From an uncultured Chloroflexota bacterium (GTDB lineage Bacteria > Chloroflexota > Limnocylindria > Limnocylindrales > CSP1-4), in contig CAIJPD010000059.1 in the NCBI GenBank assembly GCA_903822495.1, forward strand, positions 7,130 through 71,129: a stretch of 64,000 nucleotides of DNA. Direction: 5' to 3'. The notes beneath the pieces are model-generated. The model searched no databases, was not told the origin of the DNA, and saw nothing but the letters and a program-made list of their open reading frames with translations. The translations under genes were made by a program, and so were the position numbers. Shown piece by piece: positions 22,444 to 32,166 of the stretch. Within the stretch, counting starts at the first letter, position 1; the number at the start of each line of letters is the position of its first letter.

Positions 22444-23563
22444 GCTCGGTCCTGCGTGTCGACCAGTTGGGAAGCCTGCTGCGTCCCCCGGCCCTTCGGG
22501 AGGCCGCCATCGGGCAGATGCGGGGCGGGGTTGCCGACGACGAGTTGCAGGCGCTGCAGGATCAGGCGGTCCGGGAGGTCATCGCCGCGCAGGAGGCCCA
22601 CGGCTTCCCGATCCTGACCGACGGCGAGTTCCGGCGTCGCAACTTCGTGGACAGCGTCGCCACCTCCGTCACCGGCATGGAGGCCTGGCGGGACGGCTGG
22701 GCCAGGCGCTTCCTGGCGGAGATCGACCAGCGCGCCAACCCCGGGTTCACGGCCCCCCCGCCGCAGGTCGCCGACGCCCAGCCCGCGACCGGGCGCCTCG
22801 CCTTTGTGCGCAACACGCCGCTCGAGGAGTGGCGCCGCTCGTCCGCGCTCACCCGCCGTCCGGTCAAGATCACCGTCCTGGACCCACTCCGGGTGGCCCA
22901 GTGCATCGATGTGGCAGCCTCGCACGGCATCTACGACGACCTGGACCAGGTGCTCATGGACGCCGCCGCCGCCATCCGCGAGATCGTGATCGGGTTGCGC
23001 GACGCCGGATGCCCGTACGTGCAACTGGACGCCCCCGGCTACACCGCGTTCCTGGACGCCGACCGCCGTGCGGCCCTGGAGGCGCGCGGCGCCAACATCG
23101 CCGCCATGCTGGAGCAGGTGATCCGGGCCGAGAACGCGGCCGTGGCGGGGATCGACGGCCTGACCATCGGCATCCACATCTGCCGCGGCAACCGGCCCAA
23201 CGCCAAGTGGGGGACCGGCCCGTACGACGCCATCGCGGAGCAGCTCTTCCCGGCCGTCGCCCGGGCCGGCTGCTCCTGGAGTACGACACGGAGCGCGCCG
23301 GCGGCTTTGAGCCGCTGCGCTTTGTCCCGAAGGGCAAGGTGGCCGTCCTGGGCGTGGTCAGCACCAAGTCCGCCCAGGTGGAGACCGTGGACCAGATCCG
23401 ACGCCGGGTGGACGACGCGGCTCGCTTCCTCCCGCTGGAGCAGCTGGCCATCAGCCCGCAATGCGGCTTCTCGTCGGACGTCGCCGGGCCGCCGGTCCCG
23501 GAGGACGCGCAGTGGCGCAAGCTCGACGCGCTCACCGAGGCGGCACGGCTCATCTGGGGGTGA
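22440..23563 (+). pseudogene. Cobalamin-independent methionine synthase II family (MetE C-terminal-like) gene with one frameshift near 23260-23268
   Basis: First frame: DQLGSLLRP, LTDGEFRR, QLDAP, HICRGN. A second frame continues with LLEYDTERAGGF and ISPQCGF. True pseudogene or sequencing error. Confidence 0.8.
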
Positions 23564-23569
23564 TACGTC

Positions 23570-24349
23570 GTGGTTGACCACACCCGGACCGTGCCCCTGA
23601 TGCTCGCCGGCCCAACGGCACACCATTGGCGCGCTCGGATGCAGCGAGACGGCATCATCCTGATCGCAGCCATGGTGGCGCAGGGCCTTCTGGCGCCCAC
23701 GATCCCGGGCATCGCGCCTCGTCTCGTCGCCTCGATCGTGTTGGCCGGCGTCCTGATCGTATGCGTCGTTGATGGAGTGGTCGCCGCAGCGCGGTTTGCC
23801 AAGGCCAGGCAGGCGGAGCAGGCGGCGGGCTACGTCACGACCCGGATCGGGTGGCACGACGATCTCTGGCTGCTGGACGACGACGGGCGGGTCGTCCTGG
23901 CCCCGCGCGGACCGGATCCGGCGCCCGTGACCCAGGCGTGGGCCCCGGCTCCCGGGCCGGCCCACGCGCCCGAGGACCTCGAGGACACCGCCGTGACCAT
24001 CTTCGCGGCGCTCGAGCTGCTCGTGGCCGACCCAGATGAGCGCCAGTACGTCATCGTCGGCGTCGAGGGTGCCGACTACCTGTACGTCCAGTTCCTGGCG
24101 CCTGACGAGGGGGTGATCTCCGGCGAGGTCGTGGGCGAGAAGTTCCTGCCGTCCGGCGACCGCGGGCGGCTCAATGTCGACGCGCTTCGCGCGCTCGGCT
24201 ACGAGCGAGAACCCGAGGGCAATTTCGGCCGAAGCTGGGTCGACTCGGGTCTCGTGGAGATCGCCAACACGGCGGCCGTGGCCCTGCATGATGGCCTCGG
24301 GGTCCCGCCCGGCACACCGCTGCGGGTCCGGGACGCCATCGACGACTGA
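23570..24349 (+). CDS. Hypothetical membrane-anchored protein; C-terminal domain resembles TY-Chap-type domains
   Basis: Two TMs then YVIV...YVQF...ISGEVVG...LRALGY...NF pattern; start uncertain. Confidence 0.55.
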   Translation: MVDHTRTVPLMLAGPTAHHWRARMQRDGIILIAAMVAQGLLAPTIPGIAPRLVASIVLAGVLIVCVVDGVVAAARFAKARQAEQAAGYVTTRIGWHDDLWLLDDDGRVVLAPRGPDPAPVTQAWAPAPGPAHAPEDLEDTAVTIFAALELLVADPDERQYVIVGVEGADYLYVQFLAPDEGVISGEVVGEKFLPSGDRGRLNVDALRALGYEREPEGNFGRSWVDSGLVEIANTAAVALHDGLGVPPGTPLRVRDAIDD

Positions 24350-24514
24350 GTCCGGCTCCGCAGGCAATCCCTGGTCTCATGACGCGCCGTCATGAACCGG
24401 GCCTTCGGGGCGCGCAACGTCGGGGAGGATTGCGCCGCCCGGGCCAAGCGGGGCCTGCGCGACAACCGGACGCCCGAGGCAGACCGATGTCATCAGGTCG
24501 GCGCATCGTGCCGG

Positions 24515-25273
24515 TCAGGACGTCCCGCGACAGGCCCAGGCCACGCTCTCGACCACGATGGGGCCATCGCCGAGGCGTTCGCGACAGGCCTCCCGGATCG
24601 CGGCCCGCAGCTGGGGTTCGAGGCGCCGTACGTAGGCGCCCGATGAGCCCACCCCGCCGCCGAACGGCGACCACCAGTCGTCGAACGTGGCGTACTCGCT
24701 GCGCGCCGCCAGCGTGGTCTCAGCGATGTCCCGGAGGCCGGCTTCCGCGAACAGACCGGCGAGGTGGCCCGGGCGGCCACCAGGGAGGTTCCCTTCGTCG
24801 TGGGCCTCGGGGTCGACGCTCCTGGCCGCGGCCCAGAACGGACCCACCGGCGCCCTGTCGCCGGCGTGATCCCAGACGCACGCCACGATGGTGCCGCCCG
24901 GCCGGGTGACGCGGCGCATCTCCGCGAGGCCCGCCACCGGGTCCTGCATGAAGTGCACGACCAACTGGGCGATGGCCGCGTCAAAGGTCGCGTCGGGAAA
25001 GGGGAGCGATTCGGCGCTGGCCCGGTGGACCTCCACACCCGGGTGGCGCGCCGCCACGGCCGCGACGAAGGATTCCGAGGGGTCCACGGCGACGACGCCG
25101 GCGGCACCCAGGCGCGCCACCAGCTGCGCCGTCAGGGCACCGGGACCGCTGCCCACGTCCAGCACGCGCATGCCGCGACGCACCCCGGCGAGATCGGCCA
25201 TCCCGGGGGCCAGCTGGCGCGAGTGGCGGCCCATGAAGCGGTCATACGCGTCGGCCGCAACCTCAAAGCTCAT
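24515..25273 (-). CDS. Class I SAM-dependent methyltransferase
   Basis: YDRFMGR, VLDVGSGPG, AESLPF---TFD. Confidence 0.9.
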   Translation of the reverse strand: MSFEVAADAYDRFMGRHSRQLAPGMADLAGVRRGMRVLDVGSGPGALTAQLVARLGAAGVVAVDPSESFVAAVAARHPGVEVHRASAESLPFPDATFDAAIAQLVVHFMQDPVAGLAEMRRVTRPGGTIVACVWDHAGDRAPVGPFWAAARSVDPEAHDEGNLPGGRPGHLAGLFAEAGLRDIAETTLAARSEYATFDDWWSPFGGGVGSSGAYVRRLEPQLRAAIREACRERLGDGPIVVESVAWACRGTS

Positions 25274-25433
25274 GCGCCGAATGCTACGCGTCTGGCCCCG
25301 GGCCGCGCGCGTCCGGGCTCCCCGGGCGGCCAGCCTGGCCCGCGCGGCGTTGAGCGGGGTACGCTTGGCGGGCTCGTGCGACCCGGCTCGTTTCGCACGC
25401 GCTGGGCATCCGCCAACACTGAGGATCACGACA

Positions 25434-25931
25434 ATGACGGCCCACCGCCCCCGCGCGCCGAAGCCGGCGCCACTCCCGCCGCGCTGGGTGATCCGCATCG
25501 CCTGGGCGATCCATCGGGCCATCTACGTGGTCACCGGCGGCCGGCGCGGACTCCGCCCGGCCACGCCCACGACGTGGGGCATGATGCGACTCCGGACGAT
25601 TGGCCGGCGGACGGGCGAGCCCCGGGTCGCGATCCTGGGCTACTTCGAGGACGGCCCCAACCTCGTGACCATGGCGATGAACGGCTGGGGCGCACCCGAG
25701 CCGGCCTGGTGGCTCAACCTGCAGGCACAGCCGGACACGACGGTGGAGCTGCCCACCGGGACACGCGCGGTCCACGGACGGATCGCGACGCCGGAAGAGC
25801 GGCCGCGGCTCTGGGCCGAGTGGGCCAGGTACGACGGCGAGGAGGCGCTGGCCACGTGGGCGGCCAGGCGGCCGGGCGAGACGGCGGTCGTGGTCCTGGA
25901 GCCGCGCGTCGCGGAGGCGACCCGACCGTAG
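25434..25931 (+). CDS. Deazaflavin (F420)-dependent nitroreductase family protein
   Basis: GRRTGEPR, MNGWG--EPAWWLNL-A-P, A---ER-RLW motifs; GAGGA RBS. Confidence 0.88.
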   Translation: MTAHRPRAPKPAPLPPRWVIRIAWAIHRAIYVVTGGRRGLRPATPTTWGMMRLRTIGRRTGEPRVAILGYFEDGPNLVTMAMNGWGAPEPAWWLNLQAQPDTTVELPTGTRAVHGRIATPEERPRLWAEWARYDGEEALATWAARRPGETAVVVLEPRVAEATRP

Positions 25932-26034
25932 CCGGGCGGCGTCGTCGGGCTGTCGGCGGGATGTTGTGGTTGATCCGGAGAAGGTTGTCCGGGTCGTAGC
26001 GTCGCTTGACGGCGGCAATGGGAGAGGAGGGCGC

Positions 26035-27039
26035 ATGACGAAGGGGCCAACGGCGCGGTCCGGGCCCGATCGCATCACCCTGCTGGCGCTCGCCGGTGTC
26101 GTGCTGTTCGGCGGGGGCAACACCCTGGCCATCAAGCAGAGCGTCCGCGAGCTGGCCCCGTTCTGGAGCGCGGGGCTCCGCTTCGCCATCGCCGGCGGGC
26201 TGCTGATGGCGGTCGTCGTTGTCACGCGCCGGCCGTTGCCGCGCGGGCGAGGGCTCACGGGCGCGGTGCTCTACGGGCTGCTGGGCTTCGTGGCCAACCT
26301 GGTCCTGCTCTACCCGGCGCTCCGGACGGTGCCGGCCGGCGTCGCGACCGTCCTCATCGCGCTGGCGCCGCTCATGACCTTTGGGCTGGCGATCCTCCAC
26401 CGCCAGGAGCGGTTTCGCATCCAGGGGCTCCTGGGCGCGCTGATCGCGTTTGGCGGGGTGGCCGTCATCGTCGCCGACCAGCTGAGCACGTCCGTCCCGC
26501 TCGGCTCGCTGCTGGCCATCCTGCTGGCGGTCTCGTTCATGGCGGAGAGCAACGTGGTCCTGAAGTGGGTCCCCGGCAGCGATCCGTTTGCCACCAACGC
26601 CGTCGCCATGCTGACCGGTTCGTCGGTCCTGCTGGTGATCTCGGCGGTCGGGGGTGAGGCGTGGTCGATCCCCGGCCAGGCCGTGACGTGGGCGGCGCTG
26701 GGCTACCTGGTGGCCTTTGGCTCCGTGCTCATGTTCGGCCTCAACCTGTTCGCCCTGCGCCGGTGGACGGCCTCCGGGGTCTCCTACGTGACGTTGCTGA
26801 TGCCGCTGGTGTCGGTCCCGCTCGCGGCCGTCCTCCTGTCGGAGCGGGTCTCGCCCCAGTTCCTGGTCGGCGGCGTCATCGCGCTGGCGGGCGTGTTCGT
26901 GGGGGCCTTCCTGAAGGTCACGCCGCGCCTGTCGCCCGCGGCCACGCTGCCGGAGTTCCTTGCCCCTGAGGCTCCCACCGACCCCGAGCCGGCCGCGCCG
27001 CTGCCGCCCGGCGTCGGCGCGGGTCGGCGTGGACCATGA
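26035..27039 (+). CDS. EamA/DMT-family transporter
   Basis: Ten TMs in two EamA repeats; GAGGAGG RBS. Confidence 0.9.
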   Translation: MTKGPTARSGPDRITLLALAGVVLFGGGNTLAIKQSVRELAPFWSAGLRFAIAGGLLMAVVVVTRRPLPRGRGLTGAVLYGLLGFVANLVLLYPALRTVPAGVATVLIALAPLMTFGLAILHRQERFRIQGLLGALIAFGGVAVIVADQLSTSVPLGSLLAILLAVSFMAESNVVLKWVPGSDPFATNAVAMLTGSSVLLVISAVGGEAWSIPGQAVTWAALGYLVAFGSVLMFGLNLFALRRWTASGVSYVTLLMPLVSVPLAAVLLSERVSPQFLVGGVIALAGVFVGAFLKVTPRLSPAATLPEFLAPEAPTDPEPAAPLPPGVGAGRRGP

Positions 27040-27214
27040 TGGACGCGGGCAGGCCAGGGCTGCGGCGTGCCATCGTCGTAGCGACCGCTGCGGGCGCCGC
27101 GAGCTCATCCAGTCACCCCTCGGCTGTTCGGAAGGTGGACCGGGTTGAAGTCCGGACGATGGCCTCGCCCCCCGTCGCGAAGCGCGCGGTTCAGCGCCGC
27201 GTCGGTACTGCACG

Positions 27215-27604
27215 GTGACGTCCGGGCGAGTCCGCACCTCCCGCCCGGTCCGAGCGTTGTTCGCCGTGCTGGGCACCATCTTCCTGGCGCTGGCGCTGGT
27301 CGGGATCGTCGTTCCCATCCTGCCCACCACGCCGTTCCTGCTGCTGGCGGCTGCCTGCTATGCGCGCGCCTCTACGCGCCTCTACGCCTGGCTGCTCGGC
27401 CAGCCGACACTGGGGCCGATCATCGAACGCTGGCGCCGCTCGGGATCGATGGCGCCCGGCATCAAGCGTCGGGCGCTGATCGTGGTGATCGTGACGTTCG
27501 CCGTGTCGATCGCGCTCGTGGGCGACCTGCCGGTGCGCGCCGGGCTTGCCGCGTTCGGTGCCGTGCTTCTCCTGTTCCTGGCACGAATTCCCACCGAGGC
27601 CTGA
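27215..27604 (+). CDS. YbaN (DUF454) family membrane protein
   Basis: PILPTTPFLLLAAACYARAS signature. Confidence 0.88.
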   Translation: MTSGRVRTSRPVRALFAVLGTIFLALALVGIVVPILPTTPFLLLAAACYARASTRLYAWLLGQPTLGPIIERWRRSGSMAPGIKRRALIVVIVTFAVSIALVGDLPVRAGLAAFGAVLLLFLARIPTEA

Positions 27605-27748
27605 TCGCGGCCGCCACCGTCGATTGAGACCTGGCTGGTCGGGATCGTGGGCCCGGCGACCGGGCACGTCCGGGTGCCCCCACGTTGCATGGCTATGGCA
27701 CGATTGACGGGCGTTCCAATTCGGCGCTCGACGAATGAGGAGTCAGGC

Positions 27749-28492
27749 ATGAGCACGCACCCCATGTCCCAACGACTCGCCGCGGAGTTCCTTGGCACCT
27801 TCTGGCTGGTCCTCGGCGGCTGCGGGAGCGCGGTGCTGGCCGTCGGGGTGCAGAACGTCGGCATCGGATACCTGGGCGTGGCCCTGGCGTTCGGCCTCTC
27901 AGTCCTCACGATGGCGTACGCCGTCGGGCACATCAGCGGTGGACACTTCAACCCCGCCGTGACGGTCGGCCTGGCCGCTGCGCGCAGGTTCCCGTGGAAG
28001 GACGCGCCGGCGTACATCGCGACGCAGGTGGTCGCCGCCGCCGTGGCCGCCCTGGTGCTCTTCGTCGTGGCGAGCGGGGCCGCCGGGTTCGACGCGGTGG
28101 CATCGGGCTTCGCCACGAACGGGTTCGGCGACCGCTCTCCCGGTGGCTACTCGCTCCTCGCGGTCCTGGTGGCCGAAGTCGTCCTGACGGCGTTCTTCCT
28201 CTACATCATCCTTGGGGCCACCGATGCCCGGGCACCGCGAGGGTTCGCTCCGATCGCCATCGGCCTGTCGCTGACCCTGATCCACCTGGTCAGCATCCCG
28301 GTGAGCAACACCTCGGTCAACCCCGCGCGCTCCACCGGACCCGCCCTGTTCGCCGGTGGCGAGGCGATGGCGCAGCTGTGGGTGTTCTGGCTCGCGCCGC
28401 TGGCGGGTGCGCTGTTGGCTGGTGCCACGTATGCGCTCCTGTTCGGCAAGGACGACGCCGCGGCCCCGCTGCCCGAGGCGACCGGGAGCTGA
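27749..28492 (+). CDS. aqpZ: Aquaporin Z
   Basis: [36 protein letters not shown]; GAGGAG RBS. Confidence 0.95.
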   Translation: MSTHPMSQRLAAEFLGTFWLVLGGCGSAVLAVGVQNVGIGYLGVALAFGLSVLTMAYAVGHISGGHFNPAVTVGLAAARRFPWKDAPAYIATQVVAAAVAALVLFVVASGAAGFDAVASGFATNGFGDRSPGGYSLLAVLVAEVVLTAFFLYIILGATDARAPRGFAPIAIGLSLTLIHLVSIPVSNTSVNPARSTGPALFAGGEAMAQLWVFWLAPLAGALLAGATYALLFGKDDAAAPLPEATGS

Positions 28493-28720
28493 GGCGCCAA
28501 CCGGCCCCCCATCACCTTCCGGCCGGTCAGCCCGCGGGTGGGCCAGGCTCCGAGGATTGGCCCCCCCAGGGGGTTCGGCGCGGCCTGGCCGGAGGCGGCC
28601 GCCAGCAGCATGTAGAACCTGACGGCCCCTACGGACGCGGGCGACCGCGGGACACGACCACCCACGCCGTCCAGATGGTGACCCCGGCGCTCGCCACCAC
28701 GAGCGCGGCGCTCGTCGGCC

Positions 28721-29923
28721 TCAGCCGGCGCTCGCCGGCGAGAGCCCCGCGATCCGGTCGCCGATCCGGCGCAGCCGTCCGAGGTCCGCATCCGGCGGGA
28801 CGTTGTCGGAGACCCCGAGGATGAGGTGATCGCCCGCCCCGACCTCGTCCTCCAGCCCGTCGAGCCAGCGCTCGAAGTCCGCGTCCGGCATCGAATCCGA
28901 TAGCAGCGCAACCGCCGGGATGCCGCCCCAGAGGGTCTGGCTGGCCCCCAGGCCCTCCCGGACCTGGCGGAGCGTGAGGTCGGTCATCGGCGCGGGGCAG
29001 ACGGACTGCGCGATGTCGAACCCGGCGTCCGGGTAGAACTGGATCAGCTGCCGGTTCTCGCCGTCGGTGTGGCACAGGAGATAGCGTCCGGCCTCGTGGA
29101 GGCGGGCGCCCCGGCGTCGCAGCGCCGGCACGATCTCGCCCTCGAAGAACGGCGGCCACGTGGTGCCCTGGTCGTAGTTGGCCCCCGAGTAGATGACCTC
29201 GGCGCCCGACAGGATCGCCGCTTCGGTGACGGCGTCGAAGAACGGCTCGAGCCGGCGCGTGAACGCGTCGATCGCCGGCCGCTCATCCACCCACAGGTAG
29301 AAGAAGTCGAGCATCGGCATCAGGTCGTGGAGGAGCAGGTGGGCGGGCGACGCGGCGATCGGGCCCTGGGTGACGGCGAGGCCGCGCGCTCCGACCCGGT
29401 CGCGGTAGGCCGCGTACCGGCCCGGGGTGGGGACGACCTCCAGGTGCTCGAAGATCTCGGCCACGGCGGCGAGGTCGGCGACCGTCTTGACGGCGTGCTC
29501 GACGACCATCGGCCCCGAGATCCCGTCGCGCCGCATCGCCTCGCTCCAGTGGTAGCGGATCGTGACATCGCCGTGGCTCGTCCCGATGGTCGTGGCCAAC
29601 GCCTCGAAGGTGCCGGTCTGCCGGAGCGGCAAGTCGTGGAGCTCCAGGCGGAACGGGAAGTGCGGATGGTCGTCGAATCCCAGGCCGGCAAGGGCGAAGT
29701 CCCTGGGCTCACGGACGAGGGTCCGGTCCGCGCCGAGCGCATGGCAGGCGGTCCCCAGCCAGTCGGCGACGGTCACCTCGTCGACGTCCGGGCCGGCCAG
29801 CTCCGGGGGCAGCGTCCCTCGGGCGCGGTTCGCCACGAGCCAGAGATCCATCCGCGGGACCCACGGGATGCGGTCGACTGGGCGACCCGCGATGACCGCG
29901 AGCATCTGATCCCGGTGGTTCAT
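28721..29923 (-). CDS. Uroporphyrinogen decarboxylase-superfamily protein (MtaA/CmuA-like methyltransferase candidate)
   Basis: DRIPWVPR-DLW, HTDG, LWGGIP, ILGVSDNVPP; divergent from corrinoid genes. Confidence 0.75.
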   Translation of the reverse strand: MNHRDQMLAVIAGRPVDRIPWVPRMDLWLVANRARGTLPPELAGPDVDEVTVADWLGTACHALGADRTLVREPRDFALAGLGFDDHPHFPFRLELHDLPLRQTGTFEALATTIGTSHGDVTIRYHWSEAMRRDGISGPMVVEHAVKTVADLAAVAEIFEHLEVVPTPGRYAAYRDRVGARGLAVTQGPIAASPAHLLLHDLMPMLDFFYLWVDERPAIDAFTRRLEPFFDAVTEAAILSGAEVIYSGANYDQGTTWPPFFEGEIVPALRRRGARLHEAGRYLLCHTDGENRQLIQFYPDAGFDIAQSVCPAPMTDLTLRQVREGLGASQTLWGGIPAVALLSDSMPDADFERWLDGLEDEVGAGDHLILGVSDNVPPDADLGRLRRIGDRIAGLSPASAG

Positions 29924-30182
29924 CGCGCCCCCTCGAAGGTCGCCCAGCGACACCCGGCCTGTCGCGCCCACGCGTGCCGAAGCGCGGCGACCCGGACGTG
30001 CCGCCGGGATGGCGCGCCCCGACGCGAAGATACCTCGCCGGTCTCGCCCACGCCAGCCGGCAGATCCGACGGGGTGGCCATCCGTGCCGCTCACGACCCG
30101 AGTCGGGCGCTCACGCGACCGGGGCCGGGTCGGTCGTGGCCTCGAGCCGGCCGGCCGTTGACGCTAGACTCAGCCGGACCTG

Positions 30183-31271
30183 ATGGGCCACTCCCATGTC
30201 GCCCCAGGGGTCAGCGGGGGCATCGCGGTGCACCGGTTGCCTGGTGGCAGTCCCTTCCTCGTCATCGGCGAGAACATCCACGGCACCCGTGTCGTCCTGC
30301 GCGGTGGCCGCCACGTCACCGTCGCGCCCGATGGGCGGGAGGTGGTCTGCTACCAGGACGAGCGCGGGGTCGAGCGGCACCTGCCCATCCCGGAGCGTCT
30401 CCGCAAGGCCGCCGATGTCGCCGCCGGCAGGGTCAAGCACGTCCAGGCGGCCGTCCTGGCCATCCTCGGCGGCAACGATGCCGACGCCACCGAAGGGCGA
30501 GCCTACCTGCAGATGCTTGCCCGGCGGCAGGCGCAGGCGGGCGCCGATTGGCTGGACGTCAACCTCGACGAGGTCAGCACGGATCGTGCGCTGCAGCGCG
30601 AGTCCGTGGTGGCGGTCGTGCGGATCGTCGAGGCGGCCGTGACCGTCCCCGTGGCGCTCGACTCGTCGGTGGCGGAACTCATCCAGGCGGGCCTCGAGGC
30701 CAGCGCCGACCCCGCCCGGCTGCTCCTCAACTCCGCGTCGATCGAGCGGCCCGAGGTCCTGGACCTGGCGGCGTCCGCCGGGTGCGCCGTGATCGTCAGC
30801 GCGGCCGGCCGTGGCGGGCTTCCGACCGGCGTCGCGGATCGCGTCGCCAACGCCGAGGCCATCGTGGAGCAGGCCGTCCGGCGCGGGCTGGACCTCGGCG
30901 CGATCCACGTCGACCCGCTGGTCATCCCGGTCGCCGTGGAGCCCGACGCGGGCGCCCAGTTCCTCGAGGCCGTGGCGCAGCTCCGCGCGCGGTTTGGGCC
31001 TCGGCTTCACCTCACGGGCGGGCTGTCCAACGTCTCGTTCGGGCTGCCGGCCAGGCGCCTCCTCAACGACACCTTCATCCGCATGGCGGCCGAGGCCGGC
31101 GTCGACTCGGCCATCATCGACCCCATCGCGGCCGATCTCCGCCGGGTCTTCGGCCGCGACCCGGACGCGCCGCCCAGCCGGCTCGCCGCGGACGTCCTGA
31201 CCGGCGCCGACGCCTATGGGCTGGAGTACCTGGGCGCCTTCCGGGCCGGCGCGCTGGCCGGCGAGGGCTGA
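30183..31271 (+). CDS. Pterin-binding methyltetrahydrofolate:corrinoid methyltransferase (AcsE/MetH-pterin-like)
   Basis: VIGENI, WLDVN, LDSS, LLNS, DPLV-P, GGLSNVSFGLP-R-LLN, D-AI-DP. Confidence 0.85.
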   Translation: MGHSHVAPGVSGGIAVHRLPGGSPFLVIGENIHGTRVVLRGGRHVTVAPDGREVVCYQDERGVERHLPIPERLRKAADVAAGRVKHVQAAVLAILGGNDADATEGRAYLQMLARRQAQAGADWLDVNLDEVSTDRALQRESVVAVVRIVEAAVTVPVALDSSVAELIQAGLEASADPARLLLNSASIERPEVLDLAASAGCAVIVSAAGRGGLPTGVADRVANAEAIVEQAVRRGLDLGAIHVDPLVIPVAVEPDAGAQFLEAVAQLRARFGPRLHLTGGLSNVSFGLPARRLLNDTFIRMAAEAGVDSAIIDPIAADLRRVFGRDPDAPPSRLAADVLTGADAYGLEYLGAFRAGALAGEG

Positions 31272-31291
31272 GGATCGGTGGGTGCCTCGTC

Positions 31292-32164
31292 GTGACTGAC
31301 CCGCACGACGCACCGGTGCCCGGGCCCGAGGGCGCCCCACCGGCGCGCGCGCTCCGACTGAAGGCCGTCGGCTGCGATGTCCTGGCGCGGCCCCTGTACG
31401 CGTGTGCGGCCGCCTCGCCGCACGTCGTCGATGTCGGGCTCCTGCGTCGCGGGCTCCATGACACGCCCGCCTCGCTCCGTGACCGGCTCCAGGCGGAGAT
31501 CGACGCCGCCGGGAACGGGGACCGACCGTTCGACGCGGTGGTCCTTGCCTACGGCCTGTGCGGCGGGGCGACGGCCGGCATCCGGGCGCACGGGGTGCCG
31601 CTCGTCCTGCCACGGGCCCACGACTGCATCACGCTGCTCCTAGGGAGCCGGGAGCGCTACGCGCGGGAGCTGGCCGCGACCCCCGGGACCTACTGGTATG
31701 CCCCCGACTACGTCGAACGATCGGATCCCGCCACCGACGCGGCCAGCCGAGCCCTGCTCGGGATCGGCGCGAGCTCCGACGAGCAGCTCGTGGCCGTCTA
31801 CGCGGACTATGTCGAGCGGTTCGGCAAGGACAACGCGGACTACCTCATGGAAGTCATGGGCGCCTGGAAGGCCCACTACCAGCGCGCCGTCTTCATCGAC
31901 ACCGGGCTCGGCGATCCGGCCCGGGTGGAGGCCCTGGCCCGAGCGGAGGCGGAGCGCCGCGGGTGGCTGTTCGAGCGGATGGTGGGCCAGCTGGACCTCC
32001 TCCGGCGGCTGCTCGCGGGCGACTGGGACCACGACTTCCTCGTCCTCCGGCCCGGGCAGGAGCTGGGGATGACGTACGACGAGGACGTCATGCGGACGGT
32101 CGACACCCGCGACCCGTCGGGCGTCGTGGCCCAGCCCGACCCGTCGGACGGCCCGGCCCGCTGA
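31292..32164 (+). CDS. DUF1638 domain protein
   Basis: C-VL-R, GLH-TP--LR-RLQ--ID, VLAYGLCGG, PRAHDCITLLLGS. Confidence 0.88.
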   Translation: MTDPHDAPVPGPEGAPPARALRLKAVGCDVLARPLYACAAASPHVVDVGLLRRGLHDTPASLRDRLQAEIDAAGNGDRPFDAVVLAYGLCGGATAGIRAHGVPLVLPRAHDCITLLLGSRERYARELAATPGTYWYAPDYVERSDPATDAASRALLGIGASSDEQLVAVYADYVERFGKDNADYLMEVMGAWKAHYQRAVFIDTGLGDPARVEALARAEAERRGWLFERMVGQLDLLRRLLAGDWDHDFLVLRPGQELGMTYDEDVMRTVDTRDPSGVVAQPDPSDGPAR

Positions 32165-32166
32165 CC

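Noticed and set aside
29924-30182. Cobalamin riboswitch ahead of the corrinoid cluster
   Set aside because: No B12-box or other conserved elements recognised on either strand.
29069-31291. Very long ORFs such as 29069-32164, 60k antisense frames and other Arg/Gly/Pro-rich ORFs
   Set aside because: Shadow frames expected from stop-codon scarcity at high GC; they overlap better-supported genes.
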